A stretch of DNA of 63,787 bases, counting the filler, from Corallochytrium limacisporum Hawaii (lineage: Eukaryota > Protista > Pluriformea), in assembly GCA_002811645.1 (NCBI GenBank). It is 4 parts of 4 records of this genome, joined end to end, with 100 filler letters (N's around TTAATTAATTAA, not from the genome) between each part and the next. Parts side by side here need not be neighbours in the genome. Positions count along the whole stretch, not along the records: positions 20,507 to 45,499 come from PDIP01000120.1; 3 more parts are not named here. One strand, written 5' to 3'. A program made the translations under genes and the position numbers. Shown piece after piece: positions 32,246 to 41,715 of this stretch (the stretch's first letter is position 1; each line of letters begins with the position of its first letter). Under the pieces are notes generated by a model. It was not told the DNA's origin and ran no database searches. It saw only the letters and a list, made by a program, of their open reading frames with translations.

Positions 32246-33172
32246 TTACTGTTTTTTTGCACGCCGCGCATGAAAGATTGTCCCGCATTCAGGTTTTCCC
32301 TCCAATACGCCCTGAACATTCTCGAGATGGTTCGCATGACAAATAACCGTTGAGCATCCTGCTGACACTGCAAGACGGGCGGCAGAGATTTTTGTCTCCA
32401 TTCCTCCTGTGCCCCATTTGGAGCCCGATCCGGTACCTTCTACGCTAATAATCTTTGCAATCTCGTCGATGTCGTACACATCCCAGATTGGTTTTGCATT
32501 TGAATCTTTGGCAGGATTCGCGGTGTACAAGGCATTCACATCAGTCAACAGAAAGAGGTAGTCAGCTTCGATCATCCCGGCAACTATTGCCGAAAGAGTG
32601 TCATTATCACCGACGCGCAATTCGTCAATACTGTTGGTGTCATCTTCGTTAATGATAGGAACACCTCCCAGCCTCAAAACTCCTTGCAGAGTTTGTTTCG
32701 CATTAGCATAGTGCTCTTTCTCCGCCACCTCTCCACGAGTGAGTAGCACCTGCGCGGATACAAGCCCTGCTTCGTCCAAGAGCACAGTATACAACCGCAT
32801 CAGTCGATTCTGCCCACAAGCAGCAAGCGCTTGCTTGACCCTGATGTCTTCTGGTTTCTTCTCTAACCCCATATACAAAGTTCCGAGACCCACCGCGCCC
32901 GAAGTTACAACGACAACCTCATTGCCATGTCTCTTCAACGACTCCACAACTTTAATGAGACTAGCTAAGCGACTGAGTGACACTGAGCCTATTGTCTCGT
33001 CGACAATAGACGAACTGCCAATTTTGATTACTACCCGTACACCCTTTGTTTCTGCCGATCGTCCCGATCCATCACTGCAAGTCGATGCGTTCCTCTTGCG
33101 GGAACTTTGTACAGGAATACATTCTGGAAAACCATCACCAGGGACCGGAAAGAGTGGTCTCTTTGAGTGCAT
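32246..33172 (-). CDS. PRO1: Stand-alone glutamate 5-kinase, lacking the PUA domain
   Basis: VVIKIGSSS, VTSGAV, KQALAACGQ..LM, GDNDTLSA, LFLLTDVNALYTANP, GTGGMETKISAA, ends after GTIF. Confidence 0.92.
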   Translation of the reverse strand: MHSKRPLFPVPGDGFPECIPVQSSRKRNASTCSDGSGRSAETKGVRVVIKIGSSSIVDETIGSVSLSRLASLIKVVESLKRHGNEVVVVTSGAVGLGTLYMGLEKKPEDIRVKQALAACGQNRLMRLYTVLLDEAGLVSAQVLLTRGEVAEKEHYANAKQTLQGVLRLGGVPIINEDDTNSIDELRVGDNDTLSAIVAGMIEADYLFLLTDVNALYTANPAKDSNAKPIWDVYDIDEIAKIISVEGTGSGSKWGTGGMETKISAARLAVSAGCSTVICHANHLENVQGVLEGKPECGTIFHARRAKKQ

Positions 33173-33518
33173 TTTGACTGTTGTGTCAACTAGTCATAGC
33201 CTCCGCCTTAAATTTGCATCCTTCACTATCAACGAGCTCTGCATGGCCGACTACAAAGGAATATAGAAGGGTTAATGTGAAATACCTCAAGGGAGGTGAC
33301 ATAGTTGCCAAAAAGAGAGGTGGGGGTCTCAACAACTTGCCCCGAAGTCCCCGCAGGAGGGTGGAGATTTTCCCGGTAACTCGTCCGCATTGCGGGTCTC
33401 ATCTTTGATTTCCTGGGGCTATTTCAATGATACTAGGGCCAGCAAAACACAAGCTTGACTGTTACATGGATCAGGCACAGAGAATTGATCCTGCCTGTGG
33501 GGGTGGAAAGCGCTGAAG

Positions 33519-34991
33519 ATGGTGTTGAAAGGAGCCGGTAAAGCAAACAAAGTGAAGGGCAGTCTCTTCGAGGAGCGCCACCTGAGCAAGGCCGGGATAA
33601 CACTGCAAGTATTCGGTGACAAAGAGCTCTGGGCGGTTCTAGGAGATGACGACCCACATTCAAATGATATCAGAAAGTTCTTGGGCAGCGTACAGATGGG
33701 TATGGGAAACAATAAGAATCGAAGAACCATATGGTTCAGTGATGATGACTTTCCGAAGATAGCTGAGGCTGCCTCGCTCATCATTGATGAGCACGAGGAT
33801 CTTCCCGTAGGGGAAGGTTTCCGCAGTACTTGCAAGCGTTTACCCTTGGTCTGGAACAAGGGCGATTGTGTGTTTCATGCGGATGCTACGTCAGCCTTGA
33901 ATACGGGTCAGGTATACATTGCGAAGGAGAACCGGGAGTATGTTCGTTGTGCTGCGGGCAGCACTGCCAATCTCTTTGTGTTTGAAGACTACGACCGCCT
34001 GCGGCCCCTCAGTCATGCGTTATTCAAAGTCACCTTTGTTGATGAAGATGAGGACACTGAAGAGATAACAGTCTACCCGGCGAAGACCATGAAGCAACAA
34101 ATCAAGAACACTTGCTTCCTTGACGCCATAGCTCTCGGACAGACCTTTAAGGTCGTGGACAAGAATGGAGAATGGCTGGTTGAGGTGTTAGATGTTAGAG
34201 ATGAAACGCAAGGCGGGGAGGATGAGGATGAAGACACCCATTTCTTCCGAGGTGTGATCACATCTTCGACGGAGATATTCATTCAAAGTGAATATTTCGA
34301 AGACACGGGGAAGTTCCCTGAGAAAGGGACCCCGGATGCAGTAAAGGTGAATTGCAATGACGATGAACACTTCTATGTGAGGCGAAACCTACTCAGACCT
34401 TGCATTGCTCTGACAAAAGTGGTTCGAGGTTCAGACTCAGAAGTTGACGTCGATGTTGGCTGCCTGCTGTTTGATCGTATTATCATCTTCCTGCAAAAGC
34501 TGGAGAAGGGCAAGCAAAGATCCTTCGATCTGGATATCAACCTCACGGAGGATCTTTTGCATGCCGCTGAACATCTCGGGTGTGCTCAACTGAAAAATCT
34601 TTGTCTTGAGAAAATGGGCGAATTCGAATCGCGAATTCGTAATTGGCGCTGGGAAGACGTGGAGCGAGAGAACAAGGAGCATGGCAAGTGCCTCATTGTT
34701 GTGGATGGTATGGTATTGGACGTTACCCAGTGGCTCAATGAACACCCTGGAGGTGACACAATCATTCCTGCTCAGTCTTTAGGTGTTGATTCCACGTATT
34801 GGTTTGAGATTTACCACGCATCGCGTGAGTCTTTTGTGTACTTGAAGATGTTCTATGTTGGAGAAGTTGTCCAAGAGGATCTAGCAAAGATTCCCTCAGT
34901 GCCCGGTGGAGAGGCTGCTTCGGAAGATTTTCGTCGGCAACTTACGGATTACACGACCTGGCGATTTGACACCCAGGCTGCGCACTTGTGA
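33519..34991 (+). CDS. Multidomain protein: NSF/CDC48-N-like region + SKP1/BTB-like domain + C-terminal cytochrome b5 heme domain
   Basis: b5 motifs LIVVDGMVLDVTQWLNEHPGG...GVDST..FEIYH...FYVGEV are clear; VKVNCNDDEHF.V...LFDRII.FL...LLHAAEHLGCAQLKNLC is BTB/Skp1-like; N-domain assignment is weaker. Confidence 0.75.
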   Translation: MVLKGAGKANKVKGSLFEERHLSKAGITLQVFGDKELWAVLGDDDPHSNDIRKFLGSVQMGMGNNKNRRTIWFSDDDFPKIAEAASLIIDEHEDLPVGEGFRSTCKRLPLVWNKGDCVFHADATSALNTGQVYIAKENREYVRCAAGSTANLFVFEDYDRLRPLSHALFKVTFVDEDEDTEEITVYPAKTMKQQIKNTCFLDAIALGQTFKVVDKNGEWLVEVLDVRDETQGGEDEDEDTHFFRGVITSSTEIFIQSEYFEDTGKFPEKGTPDAVKVNCNDDEHFYVRRNLLRPCIALTKVVRGSDSEVDVDVGCLLFDRIIIFLQKLEKGKQRSFDLDINLTEDLLHAAEHLGCAQLKNLCLEKMGEFESRIRNWRWEDVERENKEHGKCLIVVDGMVLDVTQWLNEHPGGDTIIPAQSLGVDSTYWFEIYHASRESFVYLKMFYVGEVVQEDLAKIPSVPGGEAASEDFRRQLTDYTTWRFDTQAAHL

Positions 34992-35055
34992 AGTGATATA
35001 TGCTTCGAACACTAGTTATTTCAGAACCTAATATCTTGTATGAAATATACTATGC

Positions 35056-35862
35056 TTACAACCGTTTGTACTGTCGTCTGAGTCGTTCAGCCTCGTCTTT
35101 CTCCTTCACCAGGCGCGCCAGAATCTCTTCAGCCTTCTTTTGCATGTTGATACGATGCTCAGGATCACGATTAAGTGGAACAACCTTAAAGTGTGCGGGG
35201 TCGTGGCCCATTGCAAACCATTCCCGAACATGATCTTCCAAGTAATAGAGGTCAATCTCTTTGGGATCGGTCGGGATCTTGTTCTTTGCAGATGGAGCTT
35301 GAAGAGGTACGTTCCCGGCCACACTACACAGATTCACCAATGATTTAAAAGTCAAAGGCTCGTACACAGCCAGTTGTGCCAGCACCTTGCGATTAAGAAG
35401 AATTTTCTCGTGTTGCAATGTATGCATGAAGCGGCTGTAGTTGATGCCGTACATGCGAGTTGCCGCGTTAATTCTTGTCATCCACAAAGCACGCATCTTC
35501 GCCTTTTTCTGCCGCCTTGTCCGTTGCATATGTTGCATAGCCTTCATGCCTCGCAGAGTCATAAGTTTGTAGCAACGATTTGCCCTGTGCCTCCAACCTT
35601 TCGTCAAGCGCTTGAGGAAGACATACTTGTATTCGTGTCCAGGATGTCCCGGGTTGCGGACTTGAGCCATCCGGCTCGAGTGGAAAGACCGCAAACCAAG
35701 ATTTAGAGGCCCAACTGTGGGCTGAAGGGGTCCGTATTTGCAAAATGCAGCATTGGCAATGTTACCTGCTGGCCGATTCAGGATTAGAGTTGGCCTCTGA
35801 CACCACAGAGGAGCCCGTTTTGCAACAGGTGCCACACTTCGCAGAGCCCTAAGCATGAACAT
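35056..35862 (-). CDS. MRPL20: Mitochondrial ribosomal protein bL20m
   Basis: Presequence; KGWRHRANRCYK, RRQKK..MRALWMTRINAA, YSRFM..L, LNRKVLAQLAVYEPLTFKSL. Confidence 0.92.
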   Translation of the reverse strand: MFMLRALRSVAPVAKRAPLWCQRPTLILNRPAGNIANAAFCKYGPLQPTVGPLNLGLRSFHSSRMAQVRNPGHPGHEYKYVFLKRLTKGWRHRANRCYKLMTLRGMKAMQHMQRTRRQKKAKMRALWMTRINAATRMYGINYSRFMHTLQHEKILLNRKVLAQLAVYEPLTFKSLVNLCSVAGNVPLQAPSAKNKIPTDPKEIDLYYLEDHVREWFAMGHDPAHFKVVPLNRDPEHRINMQKKAEEILARLVKEKDEAERLRRQYKRL

Positions 35863-36281
35863 GGTAGTCTATTGTGTTCAATTCACTGTTAAATTTCCTC
35901 TACCCGTTAATCATGCTCGTGTAGTACATTGTAAAACTCTGTTCGAAGTCATTCCTTGTCAAACGTGGTTGGAGCCATTGTCCCTAAGGCTTTACAGATA
36001 AGTCGTGACGGGTTCGTCGTAAGTACCAGTTTTCTGGGATAGACAGGCTGTCCAGTTTCCTTATTGTCTGATCGTTTCGGTACTCAAGACACAAATTCGG
36101 TCTCCGAAGCACCATACAGCTCATACATCAGACCAGGACTGGTCAATCCGCTAGCGGCTGGCCCGATGTCTCGCATGTTACACATGGGCCCCCTCCAATG
36201 CACTGCAAGGCTAAGGAGGGGAAGATTTTATTGGGGGGGACGGCGAAGCAGACAGCGAGGTGTCTCGTGGGCGACTGGGTT

Positions 36282-36306
36282 CCCCCCCCCCCCCGGGGGG
36301 GGGGGG
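36282..36306. promoter_or_regulatory. C13-G12 palindromic tract in the MRPL20/RMT2 divergent intergenic region
   Basis: Direct reading; lies between two divergent ATGs. Confidence 0.55.
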
Positions 36307-36494
36307 TTCTCGGGGAAAGGGACAAAAGCAAGAGGACCCGCCTGTCACGCTGCGCCGTCGAGCCTTGCCCGCCTCGATGAGACCCTTGAAATGAAAGCGG
36401 ACGGTGGGCTATTTGGGACATGCGACGACGACCGGATTACGAACGTCGGATGTGAAGTACTCGATGTTGAAAGAATCTTGCAGAATAAAGAAGC

Positions 36495-37499
36495 ATGGCA
36501 GACATCAAACTCATCTTTGCCGTCCAGGACGGAAAGGCCGAGGAAGTCACCGATCTGTTGCAACGTGGGGCGGGTGTGACTGCTGCGGATACTGAGGGGC
36601 GGACAGCGCTCATGTTTGCATGTGCACGTAATGATGCAACGCTTGTGCGGCTTTTGTTAGCAAAGGGTGCTGTTTGGAATGCCCTAGATAAGCACGGCAA
36701 TAGCGCTGGTGATTACGCGATTGGAAACAAGGCTGAAGATGCATACCAGGTCTTACTCAACCACGCAGTCTCAGCTGAATTGATCTTTGCAGCGATGGGA
36801 AAGAGCCAGGTTGGAAAAAGTGGGGACTCTGGCAGTGGGGACGCCAAGGGTGAAGATGGTTATCTCAAGCAAAGCCTGAAGTACAGTGAAGGACGTCTTG
36901 TTGATGCGGATGGACATGGAGTCATGATGGGGTGGGAAACCCCGATTATGCGGCGATCTGCAGAGATCATTGCACCCACTGAGGACCTCACGGTCATAAA
37001 CATTGGATTCGGTCTTGGAATAATAGACTCAGAGCTTCAGCAGAAGGATCCCTCGAAGCATGTTATTGTAGAGGCGCATCCTGATGTGTTAGCACACATG
37101 AAAGAGCAGGGGTGGATGGAAAAGCAAAATGTCGTGGTCATTAAGGGTCGCTGGCAGGATAACATTGAGGAAATTCAGAGCCATGGGCCGTATGATGGCA
37201 TTTATTTTGATACATATGCTGAATCGTATGCGGACATGCGCGCTTTCCATGATGAAATGGTGAATGTGCTAGCCGAAGATGGTACCTACTGCTTCTTCAA
37301 CGGCATGGCTGCGACCAATCAATTCTTCTATGATGTATGCACGACGGTTGCGGAGCTGGAAATGAAACAGCTCGGAATGAAAATGGAAATTGAAACGATA
37401 CCTGTTGATTGGAATGTGGAAGAAGAGTGGGACGGGATCAAGCAGGTGTATTGGCGCTTGAAGACGTACAAGCTTCCTAAATGTACCTTTCACCTCTGA
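36495..37499 (+). CDS. RMT2: Ankyrin-repeat protein arginine N5-methyltransferase (RMT2/GAMT family)
   Basis: Ankyrin repeats with GAVWNALD; VMMGWETPIM, NIGFGLGIID, IVEAHPDV, GRWQD, DGIYFDTY, FFNG. Confidence 0.93.
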   Translation: MADIKLIFAVQDGKAEEVTDLLQRGAGVTAADTEGRTALMFACARNDATLVRLLLAKGAVWNALDKHGNSAGDYAIGNKAEDAYQVLLNHAVSAELIFAAMGKSQVGKSGDSGSGDAKGEDGYLKQSLKYSEGRLVDADGHGVMMGWETPIMRRSAEIIAPTEDLTVINIGFGLGIIDSELQQKDPSKHVIVEAHPDVLAHMKEQGWMEKQNVVVIKGRWQDNIEEIQSHGPYDGIYFDTYAESYADMRAFHDEMVNVLAEDGTYCFFNGMAATNQFFYDVCTTVAELEMKQLGMKMEIETIPVDWNVEEEWDGIKQVYWRLKTYKLPKCTFHL

Positions 37500-37502
37500 T
37501 AT

Positions 37503-38045
37503 TCATGATTGGCGTGAGTCCAAATGGAAGTTCACGGGGCCATCGAAACTGGCGTCAATTTTCATAAGATGACCGAATTTTCCCCCTGCATCAGGCAAAT
37601 CAGACACTTACATGTTAGCAACCGTGTTTTAAAGAATCTACACATTGTCAGTTCATACATACTTACTTTGAATCTTATCTTCGGCGTAGTTCTTTTTCAG
37701 GTTCCGTAGAAAGCTTTCGTAGTGTGCAATGGCATCGTCTGGCTGCATTGCGTGCCGAAAGTCGGGCTTGTTCTTCTTGCGGATATCACCATAAAGCGTA
37801 AAGTTTGACACGCAAAGAATTTCGCCTTCAATGTCCCTAATGTTCTGTGTCCACCGTTTGGTGTCGTCGGGATCAGCAGTCCACAGTTTCAAACCCAGAA
37901 CTCGACGCATAATCACATCTGCATCGTCATTTGTGTCTTCGTGGTGCACGCCGAGGAAGACGAGAAGTCCTTTTCCGATCTCTCCGACAACTTCGTCCCC
38001 TGACGATACCCGTGCGTGGTGCACCCGTTGAATCACTGCCCGCAT
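37503..38045 (-). CDS. DTD1: D-aminoacyl-tRNA deacylase, two exons: 38045-37667 and 37585-37503
   Basis: MRAVIQRV, GLLVFLGV, VSNFTLYG, KPDF..AM; splicing restores the missing C-terminus RGKFGHLMKIDASFDGPVNFHLDSRQS* with the catalytic Gly-Pro. Confidence 0.93.
37586..37666 (-). other. 81-nt U2-type spliceosomal intron (phase 1) in DTD1
   Basis: Minus strand reads GTAAGT...GCTAAC (branch point)...TGCAG; contains an in-frame stop; removal restores the conserved protein. Confidence 0.92.
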
Positions 38046-38280
38046 GATTCACTTTTATAGATAAAGTCTTTCTTAAAGTACTGCAGCCACTGACTTAGAG
38101 TTCTTTGTGTAAGTGAATCGTAAGTACCAAACCTGTCAACCGGTAGAGCTGCTGAACTACAATTTCATCGCTGTCAGCACCGGCTCTCCCGCAAGGCCCC
38201 ACCCCCAGAGGGAAGAAACTGGTCACGGAAAATATTGATTAAAAATTTACTCTACAAAACTGTATAGACAAGGGGGTTCG

Positions 38281-38676
38281 CTATGATCCATTGTATTCTT
38301 CGATGGCCGCGGCCAGCGCAGCTAAGCGATGCATCATATCATCTAATTTGATTGCGACATCTTCTACACGGGCATGCAGAAGGACATACTGTGTTGCCTT
38401 TTCCTCTGCTGCCTCTGTCTGTTTCCTTGACCCCTCAATATCCTTAAGGTTTGCCAGACATGCATTGATCTCTTCCCGCACCTGCCATTGTGTTGTATAC
38501 ACATCCGTTACATATTCACTAGAGATTTGCAGTAAGCTCTTCAGCGTTTCATCCATTCCTGCTGCTAACTTGGTTTTGGCAATCGTACGCTCCTCCAGCT
38601 TTGCTTCCGTATTCGCCTTTTCACTGTCTGAAAGCGACGGAGGGTCCACAGACGTGGTTTCCGATACGTCGCCCAT
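38281..38676 (-). CDS. Small coiled-coil protein, Snapin (BLOC-1/BORC subunit)-like
   Basis: LAAGMDETLKSLL....EYVTDVYTTQWQVREEI...L...RVEDV..KLDDMMHRL parallels Snapin LAEGLLELLRP...V..VRESQ.ELRE.I...RV..V...L..AQERL. Confidence 0.55.
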   Translation of the reverse strand: MGDVSETTSVDPPSLSDSEKANTEAKLEERTIAKTKLAAGMDETLKSLLQISSEYVTDVYTTQWQVREEINACLANLKDIEGSRKQTEAAEEKATQYVLLHARVEDVAIKLDDMMHRLAALAAAIEEYNGS

Positions 38677-39199
38677 GACTACACTATGTTCTCTTCACGC
38701 ATTCGTTCTATTGATCACTTGTTCCGTGCACCGTGTGCTTGTTCTCAAGGACAGCCATTGTTGTACGCTTGAGATAGCCAGAATCAAACACAGTCTAGAC
38801 CCTGCTGTGCAGACCCCAAGCTTGCAAAGCACGGGATTTCTATTCCAAAAGAAAACAGCCACCTGCGGCAGGGAGCTGATGAGCGGGGAGGAGGGGCTAA
38901 AATTGATGGGCCGCGCGCGGCCCTTTCCGCTGGTACCGGAGGTACAGCTGTGAATTGTTTCCCTCTGTTCAAGTAGTGCTTCGGTATATACTTCAGGCTT
39001 TATTTCCGAGACAATGATCCGTAAGGTACAGGAATGTGGAGATCTAGGTACTGATACGGTCAAAAAATCATTGTCTTTCGTAGTTTGCTAACCAATTGTT
39101 TGGAAAGAGAAAAGAAAGCCATTTGCAAGTAGTTGGTCAGACCATGACCTGAAAGCCTACGTTATACCGGTAGTAATTGAAAACAGAATACAACGCAAG

Positions 39200-39946
39200 A
39201 TGCCGCGCAAGCGAGTCCGTACAGAGGCAGACAGCACAAGCCTGTCACAAGTTATTGCAATGTCTCGCAGAATCCCAGGGGCCGCTATAGAAATTCCAAT
39301 TGTATACGGTAGTACAAGTGCTCCATTAGGACCGAAGGAAACAAGTGGCGCGACCCACAAGTGGTCAGTATACGTCAAGGATGGCAGCGGGCAAGACAGG
39401 GACCTAAGCAGCGTTATCAAAAAGGTGACCTTTAAACTTCATGAATCGTTCCCGAGCCCAATGCGCAATTTGGACAAGGGCCCGTTTGAACTGACCGAGA
39501 TCGGCTGGGGTGAATTTGAAATTCTAATCAAAATCTTTTGGAAGGACCAAAGCGAGAAACCGTTGCAATTAAGCCATTTCTTGAGGTTGTACCCAAATGA
39601 AGATACTGTAAACTCCACACAGCGTAAGGGTGCTATCATTGCAGAGAAGTACGATGAAATTGTGATTCAGAATCCTACAGAGGAACTTTGGAACCTTTAT
39701 CAAACATCTTTCGGCATGATGGGTCCGCCTCCAAGGCCTCCAGGACGAGGTATCATGGGGCCCATCGACTATGCCCAGAAAGAACGCGAAAGTCTTGAAA
39801 AGCTTGGACAGATTGGAAATGTCGTAGAGTCTGAGTTGAACCGATACTTGTCAATGCTTACAGAGCGCGAGACCAACATATCTCAGCATGAGAGTGATCT
39901 ACAAAAGCTCGAAAGGCAAGCTATTATCCAAACGGATTTTCTCTAA
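39200..39946 (+). CDS. YAF9: YEATS-domain protein (Yaf9/GAS41; NuA4/SWR1 subunit)
   Basis: PIVYGS, THKWSVYV, IKKVTFKLHESF, PFELTEIGWGEFEI, HFLRLYP, EKYDEIV, C-terminal coiled coil. Confidence 0.92.
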   Translation: MPRKRVRTEADSTSLSQVIAMSRRIPGAAIEIPIVYGSTSAPLGPKETSGATHKWSVYVKDGSGQDRDLSSVIKKVTFKLHESFPSPMRNLDKGPFELTEIGWGEFEILIKIFWKDQSEKPLQLSHFLRLYPNEDTVNSTQRKGAIIAEKYDEIVIQNPTEELWNLYQTSFGMMGPPPRPPGRGIMGPIDYAQKERESLEKLGQIGNVVESELNRYLSMLTERETNISQHESDLQKLERQAIIQTDFL

Positions 39947-40043
39947 AGTTTAATAACATGTTTTCTACTTATGCAATCATGCTGTTGAGCGCTAAGGGCC
40001 TTACATTGCATTCAACAATCATGTGATCATCAGGCACGACTCG

Positions 40044-40613
40044 TTACTGTACTGTACAATCCTTCTTTTTTCCCTTTCCTGACGACGCCTGAGCCTCTAG
40101 TGCACCTTTGACGGCGGCTTCGAAGAGAGAGTCAACATTCTCCCGAGTCTTTGCTGACACCTCCATGTATCCTTGGAACTTGAGCTTCTTCCGAAGATCC
40201 TCAGCTGCCTCCGGGGTTACAATTCCCTTGCCCGTATCACGTAGGTCCTTCTTGAGCCCGCATAAAATTTTTACTGAGTTCTTTGAATGATGTGTGACCT
40301 CCTTTTCCCAAACTGCAGAAATGTTGGAGAAAGAGTCTTTTGAATCTACACTGTAACAGAGAAGAATTATATGCGACCCATTGTAACTCATCACTCGGAC
40401 GCGGTCCATGTCTTCCTGACCTGCGGTATCCCACAAGAGCAGCTGTACCCGTTGACCGCCAACGGTCATATCTTTCACACTATTTTCGAACACTGTTGGT
40501 ACGTACTGCTGAGGGAAGACGCCATTCTTGAACACGGTCAACAAGCACGTCTTACCCACAGCAGGATCACCAACAATAACGAGCTTCAAAGTGACTTTAT
40601 TTGCGTTGGCCAT
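40044..40613 (-). CDS. Rho-family small GTPase (start MANANKVT)
   Basis: KLVIVGDPAVGKTCLL, YVPTVFEN, LWDTAGQED, GLKKDLR, EVSAK, polybasic tail + CaaX (CTVQ). Confidence 0.93.
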   Translation of the reverse strand: MANANKVTLKLVIVGDPAVGKTCLLTVFKNGVFPQQYVPTVFENSVKDMTVGGQRVQLLLWDTAGQEDMDRVRVMSYNGSHIILLCYSVDSKDSFSNISAVWEKEVTHHSKNSVKILCGLKKDLRDTGKGIVTPEAAEDLRKKLKFQGYMEVSAKTRENVDSLFEAAVKGALEAQASSGKGKKKDCTVQ

Positions 40614-41715
40614 TGTGGTGTATGGTTCAGCGGTACTCCCAGAAGCGTCTCCCGATGATCCATTGAACGTTTGATTTCCCCGAAGGATCGATGGTGCCAA
40701 CCAATGTATAAATCCAGTGTTGAGTTCAGGAAAGTTTGCAATTAGTACATTTCTCAAGTAGCCAGAAAAGACACACATTGTCCTCCCGCTGTACATTTGC
40801 GCGTCCGCGGTTTTCTAACATCCCTCCGCTGCCCTCCTCATCACCCTCTCCGCGACCCCATCTGGACCAGGTCTGGTTGAGTCAACAGCTCCGCGGGTGC
40901 CTTTATCTCAGGTCTTCCGGGATGGACGTTTCTATTGGCTGAGATAATGGATGGCAGCTGCTGCCATGTTTTTTTTTCTTGAGCTGCTGCTGCAGCAGGT
41001 GAGAAAGAAATTCTAAGGTTTCCTCGATTCTCCAAAAAGTGTCGGTCAAAACGACGCGATAGCATTGACTTGCTCTTGAAACCTTTTGTGTGTATTCAAA
41101 GCAAGTCCTAATTAGTCCGAATCTAGGAACGTGACTGTAATTGCATACTAAAAATACCGGAGAGCGGAGCGTTGGTGCTTTCATGTGGGGCTTACCTCGC
41201 GCATCAGGCAAGGCCCTAGGGAAGATGAGATCGACGGATCGACGAGAAAATCTGCTGCTATGATGTATTATTACAAAACAGAAACCTCAATACTGTTTGC
41301 CCTGTCCATTGGGGCTCCCCCCCCTCCCTTCTTCCCCATCGTGTGCTGGCGCCTCGCCCCGTACTGTCACTATTGGGTACGGGACTCAGCCAAATAGTAC
41401 GGATATTGCCCGTATATTTTATTGCCCCATCAAAATTCGGATCGGCGATACATTCACTATAATAGACCGAAGCGGGTTGATACACGGCCGCGATCGTCCC
41501 TGGGTCTCGCACGGAAAAGCCATAACACTACGCAATCCCCGTGAGACGCTACGACTGTGCACAAGCGGAGGGATCGGTAAATTACGCAGTCTCGTGACAC
41601 GGGGTACTTAGGGCGACCCTGACGACCGTACCTCGAGGGTTATGAGTGTTTGATCTTACACAGGTACCGTCTTTGAAGTGAACCAATCGTTTGAGATACT
41701 AAACCATACGCGACA

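Noticed and set aside
23803-40613. NOX and Rho GTPase as a functional cluster
   Set aside because: About 15 kb apart among unrelated genes, and the GTPase has a Rho-type (PTVFEN) rather than Rac-type (PTVFDN) effector loop.
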